DNA from: a virus
DNA length: 64,000 nucleotides
Direction: 5' to 3' (one strand)
Virus record (IMG/VR): IMGVR_UViG_3300028615_000137
Span: 42,350-106,349 of that record
Shown here: piece after piece, positions 1 to 8,213 of the stretch
Layout of the letters: the number at the start of each line of letters is the position of its first letter
Position numbering within the stretch: position 1 is the first letter of the stretch
Program-made: the position numbers and the translations under genes
Notes under the pieces: generated by a model
Seen by the model: the letters and a program-made list of their open reading frames with translations, nothing else
The model's database searches: none
What the model was told of the DNA's origin: nothing

Positions 1-46
1 ACTCAACTATCAAAATTGGTAGTATTTCTGTAACATTAAACTAATA

Positions 47-199
47 ATGTATTCTAAGCCTATAAAAATAAAAAGCAAAGACAACAACAAGGTAACTGTA
101 AGTTTAAGAACTTCGGAAAATTCCGTTATAGTTGTAGAAGTTAATCGTAAGGATTTAGAAAAGGCGATTAGCGAATATAGAGCTGAATTGGATAGCTAA
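47..199 (+). CDS. small hypothetical protein (50 aa, MYSKPIKIKS...)
   Basis: Read manually; ATG at 47, TAA at 197-199 overlapping the next ATG (TAATG coupling); below the ORF-track cutoff. Confidence 0.55.
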   Translation: MYSKPIKIKSKDNNKVTVSLRTSENSVIVVEVNRKDLEKAISEYRAELDS

Positions 200-888
200 T
201 GGGTTATTCTGCTTTAGAAAGAACAAAGATTGCAGAAAAGTTTCTACAAACAGGAACTTTTGATAGCGATCCTCGAACTCAAGGCTATGAGTCAACTAAC
301 TTAGCTGAATTATCATTATACGGTTCGAAAATTTGGCTCCAAGAAGAACTGCTTAGAAATAATCCAGCTCCCAACATTGCTACTGCCAACTCTCTTACCG
401 CGTCTGGTGGAAACTTAGACGGGGTGGTAGCAAATTACACCGGGGCTGAAGCGAGAAAATTGACCGCTCTTCCCGGTATCGATTTCACGTGGGTTGTTCT
501 AGACGACCCCGACAATCCAAATTTCCAAAATAGATTGAAAAATTGGATCCAACCTACAATGATTCCACAATCGAATGGTCTGCCGTCGTTTGGATTTGCC
601 ACAAGATTGTACGACGGGGATCCAAATTCTGGTGGTACTGAAATTCTGACCAGTGATGGTCAAACTGGCATCGGGCTAAATGCTGCAAGCGCTTGGTTCT
701 TTCAACCGGCTGGTGGTGTTCTTGGAATTTCAGACGATTTTTACAGTGAAACTGGAATAGACTCAAATACTTTTGAGCCTTGGATTGAAGGATTTCAATA
801 CATTGGAAGAACTGCCCTAGATTCAATAACAACAGAAGATACCGCTATTGTGGTAGCATCGGGTATAGACCCAGATTTGGTGTGTTAA
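199..888 (+). CDS. putative virion structural protein
   Basis: 229-aa ORF rich in G/S/T/D/N, at the head of the head-completion block. Confidence 0.5.
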   Translation: MGYSALERTKIAEKFLQTGTFDSDPRTQGYESTNLAELSLYGSKIWLQEELLRNNPAPNIATANSLTASGGNLDGVVANYTGAEARKLTALPGIDFTWVVLDDPDNPNFQNRLKNWIQPTMIPQSNGLPSFGFATRLYDGDPNSGGTEILTSDGQTGIGLNAASAWFFQPAGGVLGISDDFYSETGIDSNTFEPWIEGFQYIGRTALDSITTEDTAIVVASGIDPDLVC

Positions 889-889
889 A

Positions 890-2017
890 ATGGCCAGTAT
901 TAGCAGATTGCAGACGTCTGATTGCGATAATCCAATTTTAGATGTTTTTATTACGCAAAATGGGCAAAAAATAGACGTTTCTAGTCTCGAATTTCAGATT
1001 TTCGAGAATGTCTCAAATCCAGGTTCGCCAGTGCAGGTTTTCCCGGCTACTGCTGGCGCTCGAGAAGCTGTTGATTTAAACCTATGCCCCGTGGGGCAGA
1101 AGCTGTCTACCGGCCGTTACGTGGCCAACTGGACGGTTCCAGTGACCGAATTAATAGGACCACACATAATTAAGTGGTTTTTCAAAGTCACCCCTGCGTC
1201 AAACGAGAATGTTTTTAGCGAAGAATTTGAAGTTCTTGCCGAAGGCGTGGGCGCAGGAGACATTGGTTATACCACGATTCAATGTCTCCGTGATGAAGGG
1301 GTATCTGAAAGTTTGTACAGTGATGATTTCCTTACTAGGCGAATAGCGCTGGTGACAGAACAGATCGAAATGTACACGGGTAGATTTTTTACCCCACGAA
1401 CATTGACGTTTCGCGTCGATGGCAAAGACCATCCAGAAATCTTGCTATATCATCCAATTATCGAAATTTCTGATGTAAAAATTATCCACGAAAATCCGTT
1501 CAATCCGAATTCCTCTTTGGTTAACTTGGATAATCTGGTTATTTACAACCGCCATTTGACCCAAGGATTGAGGCAACCAGACGACCGCAACAACCCAAGA
1601 ATTTCATTTGAAACGAGTTTTCATTATCACCATTTTGTTAATGAACTCTACGAACACGATTTTTACATTTCTCATTTTCCCAGAGGAAAACAAAACATCG
1701 AAATTACTGGAGTTTTTGGATATACAGACCCAGACGGCACCGCTTACGGCAAGACTCCAGAGCTAATAAAACACGTGGCAAATTTGATGGTCATACGGGA
1801 GCTAAATTCATTAGCTGATACAGGGGCTCGTGACGATGCAATTTGGTATCGACGTCGTACCACAGAATTCCGCACGCGAGACCAGTCTGTAAAATATAGT
1901 CCGCTGAACGCCGGTGAGCTTGCAAGAAATATGCCATACACAGCTTTTACAGGCGATCCTGAGATAGACCGAATTTTGTTAAGATTTTCCAGACTACCAG
2001 CTTTCGGGGCTGCGTAA
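890..2017 (+). CDS. head-tail adaptor (gp6/gp15-like) with N-terminal Ig-like domain
   Basis: 'YTTIQCLRDEG...IEMYTGRFF...NIEITGVFGY...PELIK...LLRF' adaptor pattern; beta-rich N-terminus; synteny. Confidence 0.7.
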   Translation: MASISRLQTSDCDNPILDVFITQNGQKIDVSSLEFQIFENVSNPGSPVQVFPATAGAREAVDLNLCPVGQKLSTGRYVANWTVPVTELIGPHIIKWFFKVTPASNENVFSEEFEVLAEGVGAGDIGYTTIQCLRDEGVSESLYSDDFLTRRIALVTEQIEMYTGRFFTPRTLTFRVDGKDHPEILLYHPIIEISDVKIIHENPFNPNSSLVNLDNLVIYNRHLTQGLRQPDDRNNPRISFETSFHYHHFVNELYEHDFYISHFPRGKQNIEITGVFGYTDPDGTAYGKTPELIKHVANLMVIRELNSLADTGARDDAIWYRRRTTEFRTRDQSVKYSPLNAGELARNMPYTAFTGDPEIDRILLRFSRLPAFGAA

Positions 2018-2538
2018 TGAGCAGAGGAAAAATAATATTTCCTTTTGTCTTAACAATAGGACAATTAGATACCGAAGCTACAGCGGCAGACCCAGACGGA
2101 GCGGGTCCATTAACGTCTGGTTATGATGATATTTTCAGAGAGCCAGTGGCAGTTCCAACTCCTGGCGATCAAGATGGTGTAGTAGCAAGGGAAGAAAATG
2201 TTATAACCGTTCGGGGACAATTTGAGCCGGGTGATGTAGAAATTCAAAACAATATGCTGTCCGGCAATTCGCCAGAAGGGCAATTAATAGCGTGGGTCCA
2301 TTTTAGCGAATTGCAATTAAATGGATTATTGGATGATAACGGCCAAGCCATGATTCGCAACAACGACCGTCTTATCCAAATTGATACCGTAGATGGTCTC
2401 TTCGTTCAAAGCTTTCCAGATCCTCCCGGTATGTATGCAATAACAGTTTCGCCGCGTGGTTGGGGTTTGGGTAATCCAGCCAGGAGAAACTTACTTAAAA
2501 TAATCTTCGAACCACGTCTTCAATCTGTAAGAGGATAA
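2017..2538 (+). CDS. putative head-closure (stopper) protein
   Basis: Size, and position between adaptor and neck gene. Confidence 0.5.
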   Translation: MSRGKIIFPFVLTIGQLDTEATAADPDGAGPLTSGYDDIFREPVAVPTPGDQDGVVAREENVITVRGQFEPGDVEIQNNMLSGNSPEGQLIAWVHFSELQLNGLLDDNGQAMIRNNDRLIQIDTVDGLFVQSFPDPPGMYAITVSPRGWGLGNPARRNLLKIIFEPRLQSVRG

Positions 2539-3135
2539 ATGAAAATCAAACTTACAGGTCAATGGAAGAAAGCTCAAAAGATTCTCGATAAAGGAGCACA
2601 ACGAGTCGAGTTGTCTAAACGAAAGATAATGGCTTCTGAAGCAAAATTTTATGCGCAGAAAATTAAAGAAGGTTTAGAATCTCAAGCTCCTGGAAAAAAA
2701 CCTATAAAACCTCCCGCGGAAAGTACTTTAATAAGCCGCGAATTTAAGGGCTTTAATTCGACCAAGTCTCTTATTGTAAGGCGCGATTTAGTAAATTCTA
2801 TAACAGATATTGTTAAAGGCGATAAAGCCTTTGCAGGAATTCCCAAATCTGCCAGAGGTACTGACGGTCAGAACCTAGCTAAAATTGGAGAAATAAACGA
2901 AAAAGGTAAAAACGGAATTGTTATAGAAATAACTCCAAAAATGCGAAAACTATTTGGTGCGATGTTTGCCGGTTCCGATAACGAAAGTCCTGGGAAGAAG
3001 AAGGTTATAATTGTAAATATTCCAGCTAGGCCGTTTATAACTCCGGTTCTAGAAACGTACGGCAAAGCTTCTGTTGCAATACCCAGAATAGCGAAGAAAT
3101 TTTCATTCTTTACAGCTTTTATGTTTGGGAAATAA
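2539..3135 (+). CDS. virion morphogenesis/neck protein (HK97 gp10/Mu gpG-like)
   Basis: Basic protein with 'LIVRRDLVNSI' and C-terminal 'IPARPFI' motif. Confidence 0.7.
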   Translation: MKIKLTGQWKKAQKILDKGAQRVELSKRKIMASEAKFYAQKIKEGLESQAPGKKPIKPPAESTLISREFKGFNSTKSLIVRRDLVNSITDIVKGDKAFAGIPKSARGTDGQNLAKIGEINEKGKNGIVIEITPKMRKLFGAMFAGSDNESPGKKKVIIVNIPARPFITPVLETYGKASVAIPRIAKKFSFFTAFMFGK

Positions 3136-3136
3136 T

Positions 3137-4120
3137 ATGGCAATACCTACTATTATAAATATTGTTCCGCCGGAAGCACCTACTTCTGGTAGAAAAATTA
3201 TAGAAATTTACGGTTCTAATTTCAGACAGCTTAGTCCGTTAAATTCAAATTTCCCTCCATTTGAACCGGCCCCGCCTTCGGTAGAAGTATTGTTCGGCGA
3301 CGAACCGGCAACGGAAGTACAAATAATTCGGTCTAATTTACTTCGGGTATTGCCTCCAATATCTCCTATACCTGCTACTGAGTCTTCTAATTATGGTTCG
3401 GGGACCGTTGATGTAACCGTAAGAAATATAGACGATTCAGGAATAGCGATACCGGGCGAAGAAGTAATTTTGGCAGATGGATTCGAATACAAGCATCCTG
3501 GGTTGGATTCTGTTACCAGTAGTGAATTAGCAATGTTGGTTACGGCTCTGATTAAAGACATGCGGAAGCAAATTATTCCGAATGTATTATTGGGCCAGCA
3601 CACGGAATATGATTCAGATTCTACAGATTCATACAACATTACTGATGTGGGTAAACTCCCCGCAATTGTTCTGACCGGTCCAGAAATTCCAGAAAATCGG
3701 TTTTATTCATATAATTACAGCGAATCGGTGCCGGCAAGCGACAATAATACTTATGAAGTGCGCCATCCTTATACAGTTGATGTTAAATTTGGTGTAGTCG
3801 GAATTACGGACCTAAAACATGTCCTACTAAATCTCATGTCCCATTTCACCACTTACATGCGCAGAAACAAATTTTTCAGGATGTTGCGCTGTCCCGACGA
3901 TCCAAGTCAAGGGATTATTGAATATGAGCTAGATTTTGACGTAGACGGTGACCTAAGAGCACGAACCCGAGCAAACAACAGTAATATCCAAAGTTTCGTG
4001 GGCTCAATAATTCTCAGAGGATTCAACGTAGAAGGCTTTGCCGGCTTTGATCTAGACGAAGTTATCCAAATTAATAACGATATTGACATAATCGACATAA
4101 CAATTAGTCAAACTTCCTAG
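3137..4120 (+). CDS. putative tail terminator with N-terminal IPT/TIG domain
   Basis: 'PTIINIVP...PTSG...IYGSNF...VLFG...GTVDVTV...FEY' IPT/TIG signature; just upstream of the sheath; start moved to ATG 3137. Confidence 0.6.
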   Translation: MAIPTIINIVPPEAPTSGRKIIEIYGSNFRQLSPLNSNFPPFEPAPPSVEVLFGDEPATEVQIIRSNLLRVLPPISPIPATESSNYGSGTVDVTVRNIDDSGIAIPGEEVILADGFEYKHPGLDSVTSSELAMLVTALIKDMRKQIIPNVLLGQHTEYDSDSTDSYNITDVGKLPAIVLTGPEIPENRFYSYNYSESVPASDNNTYEVRHPYTVDVKFGVVGITDLKHVLLNLMSHFTTYMRRNKFFRMLRCPDDPSQGIIEYELDFDVDGDLRARTRANNSNIQSFVGSIILRGFNVEGFAGFDLDEVIQINNDIDIIDITISQTS

Positions 4121-4172
4121 TTTTTTCAATTATATATATAATGAAATGTAAGTATAAAGGGGAAAATTCCTA

Positions 4173-4481
4173 ATGGCCGAAATGGTAGAATTAAAAAATA
4201 TTGCAAAACCCCGGCGGATGTTAGTGCTAAATTTGGACAAAAATATAGCAAATATTCCCGTAAAAACTACGGTAGTTGTAGAAAATAAACAAGGAGAACG
4301 TAGACAAAAGCGGGTGAGTGCATTGGTTCCGGATTCGTTACGCATTCCGTCTGGCCATACCATAAAAGTTTCTAAAAAAATTAGCGAGTGTACTGCGATA
4401 CAGAAAGCACTAACTCGCAGAGAATTAACCCTTAAGTCCGTTAAAAGTGAAACAACAAAGCGGACTCGTAATAAAAGGTAA
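4173..4481 (+). CDS. hypothetical basic protein
   Basis: 102-aa ORF with AAGGGG RBS, immediately before the sheath gene. Confidence 0.6.
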   Translation: MAEMVELKNIAKPRRMLVLNLDKNIANIPVKTTVVVENKQGERRQKRVSALVPDSLRIPSGHTIKVSKKISECTAIQKALTRRELTLKSVKSETTKRTRNKR

Positions 4482-4487
4482 TCAGAA

Positions 4488-6710
4488 ATGAGTCAAGAAT
4501 TACTCAGTAGTAAAGTTGTCGTGGTTGAAGAACAGCCGCGAGTGCGCTCGATTCAGGGCGTGCAAACATCTATCGCCGCATTCGTTGGCGTGACCGAAAG
4601 GGGTCCGCTTGGTGAAGCCACGCTACTCACTTCGTTTGACGAATATCGCGCTGTCTTCGGCGGTTATACCACTGATAGCGACGTTGCAACGGCAGTAAGC
4701 AGTTTTTTCGAAGAAGGCGGAAATTTCTGTTACGTAATCCGTACAGTGCACTACACCGATCCTTCGAATCCGAATTCCAAAACTTCTGTCAAAGCAGGTA
4801 CTACACTCCAAACGGCTGCCGCTGGTGCCACAGCCGGTGTTGTTCTTGGCACGAACACAGAGCCTTTCAACTTCGAAGGCAACAATCAACTAGATATTGA
4901 TGTCGACGGCGCTGGTACTGAAAACGTCGTTTTCACCGCCACCAGTGCAAGTCGTACGAGTGGAAACGCAGAAACTTTTGCTCTATCTAACGGCGAAACT
5001 CTTACTGTTGATATCGACGGTACAGGTGTTCAGACAGTCGAATTCCTCACAGGCGAATTCGTTGATATAAGCAACGCCACTGCACAAGAAGTTGCCAACG
5101 TAATCAATGCCAAGCTCACGGGAGCATATTCGCTAGATTCGGGCGGTAACGTGGTTATCGCTTCTGATACTTTGGGCACAGACTCCAGTGTCGATGTTAC
5201 TGGCGGTTCGGCAAACGCAGCGCTCGGGTTTACTACCGGTATAATCAGCGGTACGGGCGATGTTGGTGATATCACGGCAGTTACGGTCGCCGAAATCAAG
5301 GCGCACGTTGAAGCGGGGGTTAGTGGTTCCAGTGGCGTAACAGTTACAGACGTTGGCGGAGCAGTTCAAATTGCTTCGAATACGACGGGTCCTAGTAGCA
5401 CGATTCAAGTACTGGCTTCTTCGAGCGCTGACACCATTCTGGGTATAGACAACGCTGTGCATTCCGGCACTTCTGGCACTCCCGTCGATACACTCGATGT
5501 AGACGGCAAAACTGACGGTGCTTATGCTAACAGCTTGAGCGTTGAGGTTACGGCAGCCACTTCGGGCGTCTCAACCGAGTTCAATCTTTATGTCCTTGAA
5601 GACGGCGTGATTGTCGAAAATTTCCCCAATCTTACCATGGTGGATGGAGAAGCTCGTTATGTCGAGAGCATCGTCAATGCAGACAGCAATCTTATAGAAG
5701 TTACCGACTTGGATGCAGGAGTCGCTAATCAGCGCCCCGCCAATGCCACTACGCCGCTTACTGGTGGTGATGATGGTCTTGTTGGTCTTACCGATGCCGA
5801 TTTCATTGGAGATTCTACGGGCGAGACTGGTATCAAGGCACTGGATAACGTTCAGAACGTTAACATTCTCTGTGTTCCTGGGCAGTCAACGGCTGCTATT
5901 TACACTGCGATGATCAACTATTGCGAAACTACTCGTGATATGAGCATGTTTCCAATCCTCGATCCTCCTGCTGACCAAAGCTATAGCGAGATTGTTACAT
6001 TCTTCAATAGTGCAGGTTTGGCAGGTCTTAGTGAATTTGGCGCATTTTACTGGCCGCGAGTTAAGGTTGTAAATCCTGCTCCTGCTGTTTTTGGCGATGT
6101 TGCTAACATTAATGTCAATCCCTCAGGTCTGTTGGCTGGTCTTTACGCAAGAGTTGATGGTTCGCGCCCTGGTGGCGTTTACATTCCTCCCGCTGGAATC
6201 GAAAATGGGCAACTTCGTAGTGCGGTTGGTCTAGAGACTGATGATGTTTTGGACGAAGCCAAGCGCGATTTTGTTGCTCCGAATCGAATCAACATCATTA
6301 CAACTTATCCTGGTGCTCCAATTTTCGTTGATGGCAGCTATGTGCTAAAGGGAAATGGTAATTTCCCGTTCATTTCACAGCGCAGAGGTGCAATCTTCAT
6401 TGAGCAGTCGATTAAGCAGGGCATCGAATTTGCTCGTCACCAAAACAATAATGCCAAACTTCGCCGAGAAGTTGAGCGGACTGTTCGCGGATTCTTGCTT
6501 GTTCAAATGAACAACGGAGCCTTTTCGACGACAGATCCGAGCACAGCATTCTTCGTCGCATTCAACGATGCGCTTAATCCACCTTCGGAAGTTTCTGCTG
6601 GTCGACTCAACGGTCGGGTTGGCTTGGCTTTCAACACACCGGCTGTTTGGATTATTGTCCGGTTTAGCAAAGATACTAGGGCTCTTGAAGCGGAACTTCA
6701 ACAGAGCTAA
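4488..6710 (+). CDS. contractile tail sheath protein
   Basis: 'TSIAAFVGVTERGP', 'FFEEGG..CYVIR', 'AFYWPRVKV', 'PSGLLAGLYARVD', 'PPAG', 'FISQRR..IFIEQSI' sheath motifs. Confidence 0.95.
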   Translation: MSQELLSSKVVVVEEQPRVRSIQGVQTSIAAFVGVTERGPLGEATLLTSFDEYRAVFGGYTTDSDVATAVSSFFEEGGNFCYVIRTVHYTDPSNPNSKTSVKAGTTLQTAAAGATAGVVLGTNTEPFNFEGNNQLDIDVDGAGTENVVFTATSASRTSGNAETFALSNGETLTVDIDGTGVQTVEFLTGEFVDISNATAQEVANVINAKLTGAYSLDSGGNVVIASDTLGTDSSVDVTGGSANAALGFTTGIISGTGDVGDITAVTVAEIKAHVEAGVSGSSGVTVTDVGGAVQIASNTTGPSSTIQVLASSSADTILGIDNAVHSGTSGTPVDTLDVDGKTDGAYANSLSVEVTAATSGVSTEFNLYVLEDGVIVENFPNLTMVDGEARYVESIVNADSNLIEVTDLDAGVANQRPANATTPLTGGDDGLVGLTDADFIGDSTGETGIKALDNVQNVNILCVPGQSTAAIYTAMINYCETTRDMSMFPILDPPADQSYSEIVTFFNSAGLAGLSEFGAFYWPRVKVVNPAPAVFGDVANINVNPSGLLAGLYARVDGSRPGGVYIPPAGIENGQLRSAVGLETDDVLDEAKRDFVAPNRINIITTYPGAPIFVDGSYVLKGNGNFPFISQRRGAIFIEQSIKQGIEFARHQNNNAKLRREVERTVRGFLLVQMNNGAFSTTDPSTAFFVAFNDALNPPSEVSAGRLNGRVGLAFNTPAVWIIVRFSKDTRALEAELQQS

Positions 6711-6733
6711 ATTTTTAGGAGAATTAATATAAA

Positions 6734-7201
6734 ATGGCTGTTGTTGGTACTCCCAGAGTTTTTCACAAGAAATTTTCCTTCGTCGTAGAGATTGAAGGGG
6801 TGGCTGTTGCTGCATTCAACAAATGTTCATCGCTCGAAGCGGAAATTGCTAAGGTGGAATATTATGAAGGTGGCGCGGTTATTCCCGATAAGTCGCCTGG
6901 ACGAATTACTATCAGCGATATTACGCTAGAGCGCGGTACTGCCAAAGGCGATTCCGATCTTTATAATTGGTGGCTCGATGTTATCAACATGAGCGCCAAC
7001 CAAGGCTTGATTGATAACTTCTACAAGCGTGAAGTTGAAATTTTGCAGCTGGATCGAGATGGCGATGTTCTTCATCGTTGGCTTTTGCACAACTGTTGGC
7101 CTACCAAGTTTGTTGGCGGCGAATGGGACAACGATGCCGACGAGAACGTTATCGAAATGCTGACTCTTACTATGGATACATTTGATAAGGCTAACGCTTA
7201 A
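6734..7201 (+). CDS. tail tube protein (T4 gp19-like)
   Basis: 'FVVEIEG...F..CSSL...EYYEGG...K.PG...DITLERG...LYNW...WPTKF' tube signature. Confidence 0.93.
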   Translation: MAVVGTPRVFHKKFSFVVEIEGVAVAAFNKCSSLEAEIAKVEYYEGGAVIPDKSPGRITISDITLERGTAKGDSDLYNWWLDVINMSANQGLIDNFYKREVEILQLDRDGDVLHRWLLHNCWPTKFVGGEWDNDADENVIEMLTLTMDTFDKANA

Positions 7202-7224
7202 TTTTTTTAGACAAATAAAGGGGA

Positions 7225-7992
7225 TTGTCAATGTTAGTTCATTGTCCTAGTGGTCTGAAAGGCCATATTAGAAAACTGAAGGGTTCAGAAGCCAATATTC
7301 TAGCAGACCGAAAGGCTGCTAGAAAAGGCGATACATACAATCAGATTCTTTCCGCCTGTTGGGAATCTATAGAAGATCCGGGTCCCTACGATTTTACTGA
7401 CAAAGTAAACTGGGATAAGGTGCTGGTTTGCGATCGTTTTTATATTCTTACACGAATTAGGATTCATACCTTTGGTTCCGAATACGATTTCAAACTAAAG
7501 TGTCCGGCATGCGACAAAAAGTTTGATTACGAAATTGATTTAGAAAATGATCTGGATGTATATGCATTGCCAGACGAATCTAAAAATAAGATCAAAGAAG
7601 GCGAAAACTGCTTCGAAACAGAACTTGGCGATAAAAAACTCTGCTTTTCTCTAGCTACAGGAGCTACTGAAAAGAAAGCTTCAAAAATTCTAGAAAAAAA
7701 GACAGACGAAATTATCACGCAAAGCTTGGCAACTCGGATTCTATCGATTGAAGACGTCGAAAAGCGAGATATTCCAAACTTCCTAAAAAGCGTTGATCTT
7801 GATGAACAACTTGGCTTGATCGAGGAAATGGATAACTTCGACGGCGGTATCGAGACTACCATTGAAGTAGCTTGTGCACATTGCGACGAAGAATTCGAAC
7901 TACAACTCCCTTTCGAGGGGGAGGGTTTTTGGCTTCCACGCAAATCCAGCAAGAAGAAGTCCAGGAACTCTCGGAAACTCCATCGCGGGTAA
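7225..7992 (+). CDS. tail assembly chaperone (gpG-like / T4 gp26-like, two CxxC motifs)
   Basis: Between tube and tape measure; 'DRFYILTRIRIHTFG', CPAC and CAHC motifs. Confidence 0.7.
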   Translation: MSMLVHCPSGLKGHIRKLKGSEANILADRKAARKGDTYNQILSACWESIEDPGPYDFTDKVNWDKVLVCDRFYILTRIRIHTFGSEYDFKLKCPACDKKFDYEIDLENDLDVYALPDESKNKIKEGENCFETELGDKKLCFSLATGATEKKASKILEKKTDEIITQSLATRILSIEDVEKRDIPNFLKSVDLDEQLGLIEEMDNFDGGIETTIEVACAHCDEEFELQLPFEGEGFWLPRKSSKKKSRNSRKLHRG

Positions 7993-8204
7993 ACTCGCTT
8001 GGTAACATATTCCCAATTTTTGATAAAAATTGGATTTTAAATGCCACCGCAGAATTATGTTATAATTTAAATGGTGGTAGTGGTTTCTCATTTAGTCGCC
8101 TTGACGTCTTAGATATGTCCATAGGGGAAATTGAATTTTTCCTCGAATGGTTAGACGAAAGGCGCAGAGCAGAAGCCGCGGCCATAAAATCATCCAATAA
8201 ATGA
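7923..8204 (+). CDS. C-terminal part of the frameshifted tail chaperone (gpGT-like)
   Basis: -1 frame opens at the G GGT TTT heptamer (7923-7929); 'DVLDMSIGEIEFFLEWL' is typical of T extensions; ends 10 nt before the tape measure gene. Confidence 0.7.
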   Translation, partial: GFLASTQIQQEEVQELSETPSRVNSLGNIFPIFDKNWILNATAELCYNLNGGSGFSFSRLDVLDMSIGEIEFFLEWLDERRRAEAAAIKSSNK

Positions 8205-8213
8205 GGCGATATA

